The translations under genes were made by a program, and so were the position numbers. Shown in pieces: positions 36,164 to 49,031 of a stretch of 64,000 nt of DNA (the stretch's first letter is position 1; each line of letters begins with the position of its first letter). The DNA comes from Curvularia clavata (taxonomy: Eukaryota): contig CP089276.1 in assembly GCA_023920165.1 (NCBI GenBank), positions 1,302,001-1,366,000 of the forward strand, given 5' to 3'. The notes under the pieces were generated by a model. The model was not told the DNA's origin. It saw only the letters and a list, made by a program, of their open reading frames with translations, and did not search any database.

Positions 36164-36729
36164 TTTTGCGCTGTATGTAGAAAATGGGTGTGATGAACGA
36201 GGGGAGAAGAGCGTCAAAGAAGTTGAGCTCGAAGAAATAGTAGCTCGGTGTGTCCCAGTTCCAGCGGATCTTCTGGAAAGAAATGACGTCTGCCTACAGC
36301 TTTTTGGCACGACGGCGACGGCGCGGATCGGCTTTTGCATCATCGGTCAGAGATGAAAGCACGGCGTCTTTCTTACTTTTGGTTAGCAAGAAACACCGAG
36401 CCGTTTGGAGGTGGCTGATATATTGGTACCGTTTTTCACCCTCCATCTTGGCCATGTCATGCTCAGCAACTCTATGACGAGCTCGCCTTTGACGTCATTC
36501 TGTTGTGGAGACTACTTTCACAACCTACATGTAGGAGCCAAAGTTGAACGTAATAGCGTAGTCTTGGAAGCGTTGGCAGTCCCCAACTTCTGGGCGATTT
36601 CGGTATAACGCGGCACTAGTCATGCAGGTACTCACGATCGATGTGGCGACGTGGCTGAGCGCAGGCATCTAATTGGTCTATCGGTTGCATGACTAATATC
36701 TCACTGTGGCTGGAAAGTCTCCGCCCGCT

Positions 36730-38114
36730 CTATTCTACACCCTTACCCTTCAGCTTCAAATCCTCCGGGTCGTGCGGCGCCTCGGCCTTCTTGCCAGCCG
36801 ACTCCTTTCCTGTCAGCAGTTCTGTAAAGGTCTTCCGCAGTGCTTCAATCGCTTCTTCTCCAATCTGGTAGTGAACAACAAGTCTGTTGCCCCCTGTTCT
36901 GACTCCATACTTCTCCGCTAGCTCGATGAACTGGTTGCGTTCAATCTGGTGGGCAGCCAGATCCAGCCAGATCATGTTGGTGTCTACCGGGTATTGCAGT
37001 TTCCCTCCCAGGTCAGTCCACAGCTTTGCAATCCGCTTCGCGTTCTGGTGCGACTGAGCGAGCTTGCCACCAAGGAATGTCTCTTCGATGGCAACACGCA
37101 TCGGTGCAGCAATCACACCGGCCTGGCGCAGCCCTCCGCCAATCGACTTACGAATCCAGCGGCTGCGTTTGATAAAGGCCTTTGTGCCGACGAGGAGACT
37201 GCCAATAGGCGCGCCGAGGCCTTTACTGATGCATAGACTGATGCTGTCGAATTCGGCACAGAATTCTTTCAGGGTACCCGCACCGGCAGCCACAGCTTCC
37301 CACAAGCGTGCACCATCCAGATGCATGATGATGCCATGCTGGCGCGCCCAGGCCGATATCCGTTTGATTTCAGAGAGCGGCATGATGGCGCCGTTCAGCG
37401 TGTTCTCGAGGGAAATCATGCGCGTTGGGCAGGCGTGGACGTCGTCTGAGAGTACTGCGTACTTCTGGATGTCCTCCAGGGTGAGATATGTGCCGTTCGT
37501 CGCATCAAGAGATTGAACCATGGCCTGGGACAAGGTGGCTACACCTCCTGCCTCGTAGTTGACAATGTGACCTCGTCGGTCCACAATCACAGCGTGTGGA
37601 GGACAGGTAAGGTGTGCTCGGAATGCAACCTGATTACCCATGGTGCCTGAAAGGACCAGAAGGCCGTCTTCTTTTCCGCTCAGATCCGCAATAAAGCGCT
37701 CAAGAGACAGTGTGGTAGGATCCTCCATGAAAACATCGTCGAGCAGGGTGCACTGTTGAATGGCCTTGAGCATGGACATGGTCGGTGTTGTGTGAACATC
37801 TGAACGCAAGTCGAAGGCAGCAGGATTCTTCTCGCCGCCCCAGGCCATACCGTCCGACAGTGTGCCATTCTGTAGGTTTTTGCTGCTCATAGCAGCGTAC
37901 TGGTCGAATTCGCCCATGCTGAAACGTGCTGTTGAAGTTTGCAGGTGGCGTAGGGAAAGACTCGCGGGACGGACGACGGGTGTGGCAACAGCTCGAATGC
38001 TCGCAGTCAAAGAGGTTCCTTGGAGATGTGTGAGGTCAATTGGACCGTGCGTGGATAGGTCCACGTACTACAGATGCGCCGGGGGAGATATATGAGTGGC
38101 CGCGGCATTGCCAT
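36730..38114 (-). CDS. GLY1: Low-specificity L-threonine aldolase (PLP), with putative mitochondrial presequence (2 exons)
   Basis: FDLRSDVHT, SGTMGNQ, ENT, HLDGARLW, PLP-Lys in SKGLGAPIGS. Exon 38114-38069, 50-nt intron, exon 38018-36730 in frame. Confidence 0.9.
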
Positions 38115-39915
38115 ATCGAAAGTTTCGGAGGGCGTGCGACATCTCGACAAGCGCGCGCAGCCGAAGATATGCGAGGGGTGACTTTTCGACGCGGAAGACG
38201 CTCCACTCCGATTCGCTAGAGATTCGTCTATTCCCGGTTCCTTTAGGAAGGCGACCATGTAACGTACTTCGCCTCGTCACCGGTCCAGATCCTTTGCAAA
38301 CCATTACCTATGCGAAACTATCGGTGTGCAACTCGTGCCAAATCCTCTCGCCATCACTAGCTAGCGGGGTTGTCCCATGTCTGCAAAGCCCCTCCTCCAG
38401 CTTACAACACACGAGAAGAGGCACATTGCAGATGCTGGCGGCGGGGTGATGCTGACAGTTCGCCTGTATATGCTTTCAGCTTGCATTTCTAAACGTAATG
38501 GCCCTGTGGTTACAATACGCCAAATCAACTTATCGGAATCCACGTGTGGGCTGTTGGGAAGGGCCACGGTATCATCACGATCTTTGTTTCTCCAGCTGAC
38601 GAATAGGTTCAACAGTAGACGCCATTCATTGGAATTACGTACAAAGTCACCGTTTAGCCCATCATGTGGTTTCCTTTTCCTGGGTCATAATCCCTAGTAT
38701 TTAACTCCTGCTTCACACCCTCTCGGTACATATGAAGGCTAGTCTAGCGTCATCTAGGATAAAGCGACAAAACAGTATGAAAAAGGCAGATGACATAGCC
38801 AATTAGCTCCTGTCTTATGTTATTTTCTGAATTTTTAACGTACTAGACAATATTGTCAAACAGTGTCTCAGTCACTCAAAGGAAATCTGAGCTTCATCTG
38901 GAATTATGCAGTGTATCAAGCCAAGTCGAGTACCCGTATATGTGAATAGCTTACAGCCTTCACGTTGATACATACCACAGCCGGGCGCTACACGGACATG
39001 AGTTGGGTCATATTGAGAAACTCTACAAGAGCCTTTCTACAGTACCACTTCAATTCTAGGATTCATAGGAGAGCGACTTATGAGTTGACTGGGTTTCACG
39101 CCCATATAATCTATCAGTTCATCCTAAACTGGGCAACACATAAATCCAGTAACATATAGTGACATCCTCTACTGAAAATGAGCATTTTCCTTAGAACGGG
39201 CATAGCAGCCTCCAATCTCAAGTCGCTTCGAGCCTTTCTAACGTACAACAACCACTACACCACAATCTACATTTTCAAAGACCAAGCAAACCATCAACCA
39301 TCGCGCTTACACCACCAATCAAACCCCCTTGACTTATCTGCCTCAAACTCTTGTCTATATCCTTTTGTCCGGTAGAAAAACTAGCGCAAGAGAATTCATC
39401 AAAGGTACCGGCACGGTCAAGCCTTATCGATTTCAAACCGGTCCGGCCCGGTCGTTACCCGGTTGCTTTTTCCAATACGCTCTCTCCTAGAGCTTCCCAT
39501 ACAACTCAGAATTAGATGCTTATCGGGACCGGGACAACGGTACAGATAGATGGGGGGTGTGGAGTGTGCGTCGACTTAGGACGTGGGGTAGGTAAGAGCT
39601 GGAGGGAATTGTACTACCATGGTTTGAAGAATGTCATGGAATAAGTCTAGTTTGTAATTTACTGTAGAATATTGCCAGGTTTGATTGCATACAACACTGC
39701 TGAATATGCTGTATTCATTCGAGAAGAAAACAACAAGGCTATACAAGTCGAGTTTGCAGCGAAAGCGCCAAGGTGATGAACTAACAAGTCTATGATACGT
39801 CCCAGAAGCATTCCAAAAGCCCTCTCCAAGCCCTAAAAATATCGAAAAAGTAAGAAAGAAGATTCGTAACAATGGAATCTCATGACTTTAATCCCGCCTT
39901 CCCGATCCAACCCTC

Positions 39916-40776
39916 TCACACCGTCCTCAACACCTTCACCCCCGTCTCCTCAGCCAGATTGTAAATCGCACCCACTACACGATCGACATCCTTACTCTTT
40001 AGCGGAATCCGATGCGCACCCTCCCACTCTACCAGCGTTGCCGTTCCCTCCTCACAATACTCATCCAATAACTTCCTATGCAAATGCAGCCCGGGATCCG
40101 CCAAACCATGCACATGCAATGTTGGCACCCTGAGTGTCGCCTCTTCATCCACCTCAGCACAGAACTCAAATCCCTCTGAAATCTTCCCCGCACTCACGAG
40201 TGCCTTGCTGCTCAGAAGGCGCGGGTTGAGATTACTCAAGGGCGCTCTTCCCGCCAGCAGAATGCCAAATCGCCAGTTGATGTCGGGGATGCCAGTCGGG
40301 CCGGCTGTTACGGGTGCTGCTGGGCCTCGTTTCCTGGCTTCGTTCTCTCGTGCCTGTTGCTCAAGAAGTAGACTGGCGGACAGTTTTGCGCCTTGGCTGA
40401 ATCCCATTAGGCCTACCCATTCGCCTGTTCCGCCCGCTTGGTCATCGTCTTGCATGGCGGTGCGCATCGCGTACCCGATCTCTTCGATGCAGGTATCCTC
40501 GTCTACTTCCGGGTGCGAAGACTGCCACCGAAGCCACCGCCGGAAGGGCGCATGGGCGCTATAGACGCCGATGATGTCTGGATGTGGGTCGCAGAAGAAG
40601 GGTGCATCGGCCCAGACGAGGCGGAAAGAGTGTTGTAGATGGCGGATCAAGGAGCGCGATTGCGCTTCGAAAATAGTGGCATTGACGCCGCCGCCATGGA
40701 GGCAAAGAATACGCGGGAATGACTTGGTGTCTGGTTTCACCGGGGGTATTTTGGAAGGGGGCGGTGAAGAGGGCAT
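39916..40776 (-). CDS. FSH1/DUF341 serine hydrolase (CtnB/LovG-like)
   Basis: ILCLHGGG, nucleophile motif GFSQG, PTLHVHGLAD, GAH. Confidence 0.88.
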   Translation of the reverse strand: MPSSPPPSKIPPVKPDTKSFPRILCLHGGGVNATIFEAQSRSLIRHLQHSFRLVWADAPFFCDPHPDIIGVYSAHAPFRRWLRWQSSHPEVDEDTCIEEIGYAMRTAMQDDDQAGGTGEWVGLMGFSQGAKLSASLLLEQQARENEARKRGPAAPVTAGPTGIPDINWRFGILLAGRAPLSNLNPRLLSSKALVSAGKISEGFEFCAEVDEEATLRVPTLHVHGLADPGLHLHRKLLDEYCEEGTATLVEWEGAHRIPLKSKDVDRVVGAIYNLAEETGVKVLRTV

Positions 40777-41780
40777 ATTCAGAAATCGGAAAGTATCGAT
40801 TTTGGGGATGGGGGACGATTAGGACTGGGAGTAGGTACGGAGTCCTGCTGTAAAGGATGACTTTTTGTGAACGTAAAGATGAAAGACAGATCTCACAGCG
40901 ACAAAGAGAAGGCACTTCGGGGCATATGCGGGTCAGATGGTTCTTAGTTCTTGTTTTCAGTGTTCCTGCATCAGACCGAAGGCTGCAGCAACTTGCCGCT
41001 GTTCGGAGTCCGAAGCTTGGATGAAGGGTATACTTAATACCATCCCTGCAACCCACGATGCATTGAAAAGGAAAAAAGCACTCTGTATGCGCGCTAGATG
41101 GTACCACATAAACTTCTGACTATATTTTCCGGGTTTGCTGGTCAGTGGTGGGGAATGTTCTTGCAATGTAGGTAGGTGTGTCGAGGGAATGAAGATGGGC
41201 GGGGAACCGCTTCGGCTCAGCTCAGGATTGCGCTAGTCTCTATGTCCCGATGTGGGTATCGCCATGGTCAGGACCGTTGAAGTAGTTTCAGTATGACTAA
41301 AAAGTAAACACGCTGTATTTGCCACATAGTATCTTGGATACGTTTGGAGTGCTGGTCGTATCAAGAATAATTGGCACCATGATGACTAGGTATGTACGGT
41401 ATCTGCCACATGACATTCTGTAATGGATATATTTGCAACATGTTAACAAGCACAAGATATTGGTAATACTGACGACGCATTTATAACGAAGAAGAAGCTT
41501 TTCACAGCAACGCTGTTGTTCCATGTTCGACATCCACGATCGTGAAAGTAACTACGTTGCATCACCTACGTTTGACAACGAAGCTCTTCCATGAAGCCGT
41601 TCAAGAGTGTGTATTCTCGAGACACCCGTTACCTTTATTACTTTACAGAGCACCTGTTGCACAGCCAAGGTTCAACTAAACCCGCGAGCATTCAGAAGAA
41701 AACCCCGTAGCAACTACCACGCCTTTAACACGGAGCCAGAGCTATACCATATCCGCCACATCGTATAGTTTTGTTGCTGT

Positions 41781-42679
41781 CTAAGCAGCTGTCTTGGACG
41801 CATTAGCAGCATACTGTGAGAGGAACTGGGGATCGTTCTCGAATTCCTCCTTGACCTGCATATTGTTAGTGAGAATACTTTACCAATGCGTCTGGACTGA
41901 ACACGCAAGCCAGAAGCTCTGGCAACGCTCATGAAGCTGTTCAACCTCGGGTTCACACTTACAATATCAAGACCGCCTACTAGCTCACCGTCAGCCCACA
42001 ACTGCGGAAATGTCGGCCAGTCGGCAAACTCCTTCAAACCCTGTCGAACCTCGTCGTCGGCCAATATGTTGAAGAAACCGTATCGAATTCCCTTTTCGCG
42101 AAGAATGCTCACGGTTTGTCGGCTGAAGCCACATTGTGGTGCGCTAGGTGTGCCCTTCATGAACAGCATGACTGGAGCTGCCTTGACAAGCTCAGATAAC
42201 CTTTGATGTAGCTCTTCCTTGCTTGTCTGTGTCTCGCTTGGGGACTGTTCAGGTGCAGTCGCGGGAGCTTGTGCGCTATTGCCGTTCTCTTGAGGTCGTG
42301 TGACGGTTTGCGCGGGGGGTAGACTCGACTGTCCGCTGCCAGCGCCAGCGTGCTTCTCGACTGCTGCTCGTACCTTGGAGGCATCTGAGCCAGAGACCGT
42401 CTCTAGGGTCTTGCCACCCTTCTGCAGAACGATATATGGGACCGCTGTAACATCGTAGGCCTCGGAAACCTCTGGCAGTTCTTCAGCGTTGATGGAGAAG
42501 AAGGAGATGGGCGCGTCGGCCGAATATGTGCTAGCAAGCGTCTTGAGTACAACGGACATTTGCTCGCATGGCTTCGCCCATGGTGCGTGGAAGTAAATGA
42601 CGGCGAGTGTTGAGGCGGGGAGCGCGGAAACGGTGGATTGGAACGCCGTCTCGTCGGGGATCTCTTGCACAGTGGCCAT
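41781..42679 (-). CDS. GRX4: Monothiol glutaredoxin with N-terminal thioredoxin domain (263 aa, 2 exons)
   Basis: WAKPC Trx-like domain, KGTP..PQCGFS, WPTFPQL, GGLDI; exons 42679-41963 and 41855-41781. Confidence 0.95.
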
Positions 42680-43167
42680 GGTGTTTTGATGTGGAGAGTG
42701 GATGGGAGTGAGAGATTTACACGCGACAAGTGAGAGACGTTTGTATCGCGTCTATGGGAAGATAATCTGATTAATACTTAGTCGCCGCCCTGCAGAGGAA
42801 ATCACGTCAGAGGGGCGCCGAACTACGGAACAGTCCCCCACCCCGCCTCTCTGGGTACCCAAATAGTCGGAACGACACCATGAATCTGATAAAACTCACT
42901 TATTGACTCTGAGAAACACGAAGCGAATACAAATCTGCCTAGAGGTCGAAAATCTTAATTACAACTATCACGAAGTGTTGATACTTTTCTGCTGATTTTA
43001 ACTGCAAGTTGGCGATTTCCTATTTGAGTACAACAGCCGCCAGTGCGTTATCAGATCGGCAGAATCGTTTCTCCGGCGCCGGCTATCGTTGGAACTTTTT
43101 GTTTCCGCCAAGATTTCGAGAGCAGCATCTCGACCGAAGCAAGCAACACAGCAACAACACCGCCAAA

Positions 43168-44203
43168 ATGCTGAAGCAAGCGTATGTCAACAGCGTCGCA
43201 GAGGTTTTGGGACCAATACGTGCTAACAAACTTTCTCAGCAAACCCAAGAATGCCCGCGCCAAGCGTGAAATGAAAAAGCGCGAGCCGCAACAGCACGAG
43301 AATCCCAAGACGACGCTGTTCGTCTCCGGTCAAAAAACTTCGCAAATCCTCAAGCTTGCCGTCGCCGATCTCGTCACTATCAAGCGTCCCTTTGTCGAGC
43401 GTTTCACCAAGAAGAACGACATCCACCCCTTCGATGATGCCTCGTCGCTCGAGTTCTTCTCCCAGAAGAACGACACCTCACTTCTTATGCTGTCGCTGCA
43501 CTCGAAGAAGCGACCGCACTGCCTGACGCTCGCCCGCACCTTCTCTTACAAGATGCTCGACATGCTTGAGCTCTACATCAACCCAGAGACGTTCCGAACG
43601 CTACAACAATTCAAAAACAAGAAGCCTTCCCTCGGTCTCAAGCCCATGATCAGCTTCCACGGCACCGTCTTCGAAGACCCCAACCAGACAAAGTATACGC
43701 TCGCCAAGAGTCTGTTCCTTGATTTCTTCAAAGGACAAGATACAAACGAAGTCGATGTCGAGGGTTTGCAGTACCTTGTCTCCATCTCCGCCGAAGAACC
43801 CTCGGACGAGCACCCCAACCCACCAATTCACCTTCGCTTCTACCTCCTGCGCACAAAGCGCTCCGGCCAGAAGCTTCCACGCATCGAAGTTGAGGAGATG
43901 GGTCCTCGTATGGACTTTACCCTCGGTCGCGAAATGTTCCCTGACCCAGACATGCTCAAGCAGGCTATGAAGACACCCAAGGGCGCCGAGGCTCGCACGA
44001 AGAAGAACATCGACATGAACGCCATGGGCGACAAGACAGCCAAGGTTCACGTCGGTAAGCAGGACTTTGCCAACCTGCAGACAAGGAAGATGAAGGGTCT
44101 CAAGCGTGGCCGAAACGAGGATGAGGATGACGAGGAGGTTGGTGTTGAGGATACTGCAAGCGAAGATGAGGAGGAGAACACTCCCAAGAAGATGAGGGTA
44201 TAA
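43168..44203 (+). CDS. RPF2: Ribosome biogenesis Brix-domain protein Rpf2 (2 exons)
   Basis: Exons 43168-43181 and 43240-44203; KPKNAR.KR, KKNDIHPF, HSKKRPH, EEMGPRMDF, LQTRKMKGLKR. Confidence 0.95.
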
Positions 44204-44384
44204 AGGGCGGTGCTTGGTCGAAAATGCATCCTGAAAAAAACCGTGTTGAAGAGCGTACGAATGTGTACTTACTGCATTGGCTGGCGTTAAACGGTCCTGG
44301 CGTTCAAATGTTGAGCGAGACTATACCATTTGGGTCTGATATGGAAAAGTAGAAGAAGAAAAGGTCTAATCAAAAAGTCACGCA

Positions 44385-44404
44385 CTCTCTCTCTCTCTCT
44401 CTCT
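44385..44404. repeat. (CT)10 microsatellite
   Basis: Direct reading of the sequence in the RPF2/MMS19 convergent intergenic region. Confidence 0.85.
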
Positions 44405-44691
44405 CCCGCAACTGGTTCAATTGGTAAATGATGGCATACAAAAACCAAACTACATCCTGAAATAGCTGCAGTTGCCAAAGTAAATCATTGTTTACTGTGT
44501 TCTTAGCACCTACTTTTAAAAGGAGCTACAATCATCAAAGCCTTTTATGATCCACTGTTGACGGCGTAAGGGAAAGCTCGATTTAATTTTTCGGTTTCAC
44601 TGAGTGTAGGACAGGCACTCCAACCCCCATATTTCAATCGTGAAAAAAAAGTCGTGATTCTTAAGCAGAGCATGAAATATACAGCACACGT

Positions 44692-47600
44692 CTAATCGTC
44701 ATCCGGCTCATCAGCCAACAGCCACTTAGCCCTACACTTGACCGCCGCTGTCCTAACCTCTCTCTTTCCGTCGTCTAGCGCCGCAATAAGTCGTTTGACC
44801 ACCTCCCTCCTATACCTTATCAGCGTCTCCTCCTTGAACTTCTCCGCAACTAGAAGCAAGCACTTGAGCGCCGCGACCCTGACACTCGGCGGTGGAGGTG
44901 GACCAGATTTTGCATCCTTGCCAACGATCGCGTTACCAAGAAGACGGGAGATGAGTGCACCTGCGTGTTCCTCGAGGACTGCAGGCTTCTCAGCAAGCGT
45001 GTTGGTAAGGGTTCCAATTGCCGCTTCCTTGACAGTATCGACGCCTTTGAGATCAAGTGACTGGAGAAGCAGAGTAACGAGTTGCCCGACTTCTTCGACG
45101 ACAATGTCAAACGGCATCCACCTCAGTGCTCCACTGAGCGCAATCAGATAGTTTGGCTTTGTCTGCGCGTCAGCGTCACGGAAAGCTGATGTAATGTTTG
45201 GAACTAGTAGGGCAAAGCTCTTATGCTTGTGGAGACCAACGATCTGGCAATGGTTCTCTTTGCTCAAGAGGTCGTCAGGTTGGAGTAGTGCTGTGAAGCC
45301 TTGGGCTACTGTGCTGCCGTATTTGGGGTGCGATAGCAAGGATAGCAGTGTTGGGTATAGCGTATTCAGCGCTGGACTGCTGCGCAGCACAATCCCCTTC
45401 AGACAAGCAAAGATGATGCGTATCCGTGGCGGGTCCAACTTTTCAGGGTTCAGGAGATCGAAATCAGCGATGATAGGATCCATGCATGTCTTCAAGGCAG
45501 TAGAAGAGTAGTACTTGTTAATGATGAGCGACATTTGTCGAAGCGATGCTGACCGAACAGGGTGAGATAGTGTAGGCTTTTGAGTATAGTTTGCAAGGGA
45601 CGAGATTAGCAACTGCAACTCGCAGGGGAGGCTTGTGTCTTTTCGGAAGGAAGCGAGCAGATGTGTCGAAACAATCATAGTCTTGTCGGTTTCCGCAGCT
45701 GCGGTGGTACTGAAAGGTGGAAGTTCAGTCTGTGGTGTGCCGCGGAACAGCGTGTACAACTCGGCGGCAATAGCATTTTGCTGTTCAGTAGGCAGATATC
45801 TGATGATCAGGTTGCAGATACGGCCGACCAGGTCTATGGTCGTTTCGTCGTTAAACGCTGCTGGATGCGACTCATCAGAGCTTGAAACGCGCTGGATCAA
45901 CGGCAAGGCAATGTCTTTGTAGTACGTTGAGCTACCGGAGCCGTCCGAGAGCTTTTGTTCACCCTTCTTGAGCGCATACAAGATTGCCGAGAGCAGCGCG
46001 ACGATATACGTGGAAGACGCTTGTTGCTGAACCGCTACGCTGAATTTGTTTTTGAGACGTAGTATAACAGTGTCAAAGACCTGCTCTTCGCCAGCGAGTT
46101 TCGCAAAAGCCTCGAGCACAGTCGTATAGCTTCTGGATCCGTTGGCGTCCGTGTCAGGTAGCTGGGCCAGGAAAGCTGGGAAGGCCTTGTCGACAACAAC
46201 TTGCGGTTTCTGGTGGGCAACTTCGACGATTCCATTGATTGCCGTCTCCTTGACCTCATCCTTTCCATATGACTCTTCGTGAATAACGATGGTATGCAGC
46301 AATTGGACGATCCTGCCAACATCTTCGTCGCTCAAAAGCCCCCGAACTTTGGACAGCTGAATTAGTCCGTCAAGACATACCAATCGGAAAGACACCTCTT
46401 TGACAGGAGCTGTTTCAAGTCCATTCAGCATCACTTCCAGAGCTTGGTCTCGGAATCCAGCCATCGCATTCTTGCCTGCTTGTTCACCGCCAGGTCCCAT
46501 AGTCGTCCAGTCGCCGTAGACATCGATGTTGGCTTTTATCAGTTGAACAAGGACCTCTAATAATCCCCGGCGCTTGGCCATTGTATCTGCTGTTTGGAAC
46601 AGTAGGAATAGGTTAGGCAGCACTCCCTCCAGGAGAGTGGTTGTGACTTCCGGGGATACGTTGGCAAGACTTTGTAGGAATCGCGCCGAGGCTTGTGACT
46701 GCTTTGTTGGGGCGTCTTCTAGATGCTCGTTGCATTCTTTGATGACGGGCTTAAGATATGCGTTCAGCGATCCTGGTGTACCCTGTGACAGGGTTTTTGC
46801 GATTGCGGCCAGGGCTTTGAGTGCCTCTTGGGCAAGGTCCTCCTCTTGCATGTTGAGCACCTCAAACTTCAGAGCATCCCACAGCGTTATCGCATACAAT
46901 GACACCGTCCTCGATCCGTATTCCCTTACACAGGCAGTAATTGTTGTTAGTACGTCTCGCTTTGTGTTCATGGATGTAGAGTCGAGCTTGTCCAGAAGCG
47001 CAGGGAAAGCGTATGGAGCGAAATCAGCTGTAGACGAGATACAGACTCGTAACCGGTCCTTGAGATCCTGGGCGGTAATGCCGTATGGGTCGTCCGGGGG
47101 AGGCCTAAATGTGATGGGAAAATAATTGAAGACGGCATCGAATAAATCCTGCGCATCTCCCCCAATATTCCACTCAGTCATTGGTACCCTCAGTATCGAA
47201 AAGACAACCATCAAGTTCCTGGGATCCTTCTCCCCGTCAAAGTATGATATAAAGCGCGCCATGAAATCTGGAGTCGAATCGTGGTGGGCTCGAAGAACTT
47301 CACGATATTTGGCCATGAGGGTGTCTACAAGCTGCAGGACCGGATATCGCTCGCTCTGCTGCTTGTACTGGCGCAGCGGATGTGTGTTCGAAAGGAGCGC
47401 TTCGACTATGCGAACAACGCGCTCCTCGTCCCATTTTCCCAGCTCCTCGAGTGCCAGCAACGCCTTTGCGCATGATCCTAGTCCTTCGCTGTCTTCGGTC
47501 CGGGAGAGGATAAAGTCACATAACAAATTCCCTGGTGATTAACATTAGCCCAGCCTTCTAACCAATTCGCCAAGCCACCAATTCCTGAATCCCATGCTAA

Positions 47601-48053
47601 CATGCCATTGACATCTCGGCTTCGCTCGAATCGAGTATAGAGTCGCGGCGGTTGTACCCGCACAGGCACTGCTTGTATCGGAAAGGATCTGTTGGCTTAC
47701 GTACGCTGCTGTAGAGACAGGACCTTTTGTGGAGTGCAAGAGAGCACTTCTGCAAGATACGACATGGCTGCAAGACATATTAGCACGGCGTTTTAGAGTA
47801 ACTGACAAATACTGCAACCTACTCTTTGACCGCACCGCCCCATCTTCACTGTTCAGGTACTCTCCCAGGTCAGTGACCAGGCTGATGAGCTTCAATTCTC
47901 CATTCTTGAGCCCTGTTACCCTATCAGCACCCACCGTCCATTGCCCCTCCAGAACCTTCACAGGTACATACGCGTGGCGCTCGCTTGAGCAGTCGTAGTT
48001 GCCTCAATCTTATTTCGGTCAAAATCCAGCAAGTACTTCTGAATATCTGACAT
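44692..48053 (-). CDS. MMS19: CIA targeting factor MMS19/Met18, HEAT-repeat protein (4 exons)
   Basis: GEKDPRNL, FNYFPITFRPPPDDPYGIT, C-terminal LDDGKREVR..AV.CR..W; three introns in 47532-47971 splice in frame (TMSYLAEVL..KVLSLQQRNLLCDF). Confidence 0.93.
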
Positions 48054-49031
48054 CCTAACGAGGTATTTGTCTGGGTGTATCAAGCGTGGTGTCGTAGGAG
48101 CACGCGATACACAAAAGTGTTTGCCAATGACGTTACGGAGTTGCGGAGTTGCTGATTGGCCGGTATCGGAAGGTGGGGCTCGAAATAGTAGTAATCAATT
48201 TGCACCCTCTGTGAAACCAGAAAGTGGCGGCCGACTTTAAATATGACTGTAATTGCCACAGTTACTGATTGTTCACTAAGTGAATCGCTTGTTATTGCAG
48301 GTGAGCTCGCTTTGAATTTCCAATCTATTGGTTCTGTGAGAGACTGTCCTATGGAAGAAATAACCGCGACTCAGCATGGACCAGGCCTCACCAAAATCGC
48401 TACCAAGGTCACCAAAGTGCTCTAAACATCCTCAGTTTGCAGGCCTTGAATTCCACCAAAATAACGTAATTCCTATGTCAAGAACTAGAAATCTCTTAGA
48501 ATATCTTAAAGAAACACTTGGTGTCTGAAAATGCAAAAGTAAATATCGAAAAGTGTGATCTAATCGATGCCAAGTAGGTAGGGGATCTCTGGGTCCCGGT
48601 TTTTTCTTCCTCATGGTATCGGCATTGAACTGCACCTACCAACTCCCATATTTCGGGTCTTGGAGGCACGAGGCATATGTGAATATCTTGAATTCCTTTT
48701 AAAAGTTAACTACATAATGCCAATACCACAATAGGAACATGACTGTGAGTTATGTAGGTGGTTTCAATACAGTGGTTTTACCCAATTATTTTACTATACG
48801 TACCCAGAGTGGGGCCCGTCCGCCTGCGCGCGAAAAAAAGTTGTAGCAAGAGAGCGCAGTTCGGCAGGTGAAACAAGGTACGAGTTTTTTTAGTTTGCGT
48901 CCAAAAAAAAAAGATTGATAACTAGAGAACTCGTATTTGCCCAGCATCCCTTTCCTTGAGTGTTTTCCTCCATCACTTTTGTTTTTCCCCAGAAAACTTT
49001 CCCCTCCATCCCCCCAAAACTTTACCCCACC

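Noticed and set aside
38300..39900. RIP-mutated transposon relic in a long, somewhat AT-rich spacer
   Set aside because: No terminal repeats, transposase or reverse-transcriptase motifs, and no extreme AT content visible; unsupported without a search.
47700..47770. Apparent frameshift in an MMS19 5' exon
   Set aside because: Re-reading shows the exon splices in frame (TMSYLAEVLSCTPQKVLSLQQR).
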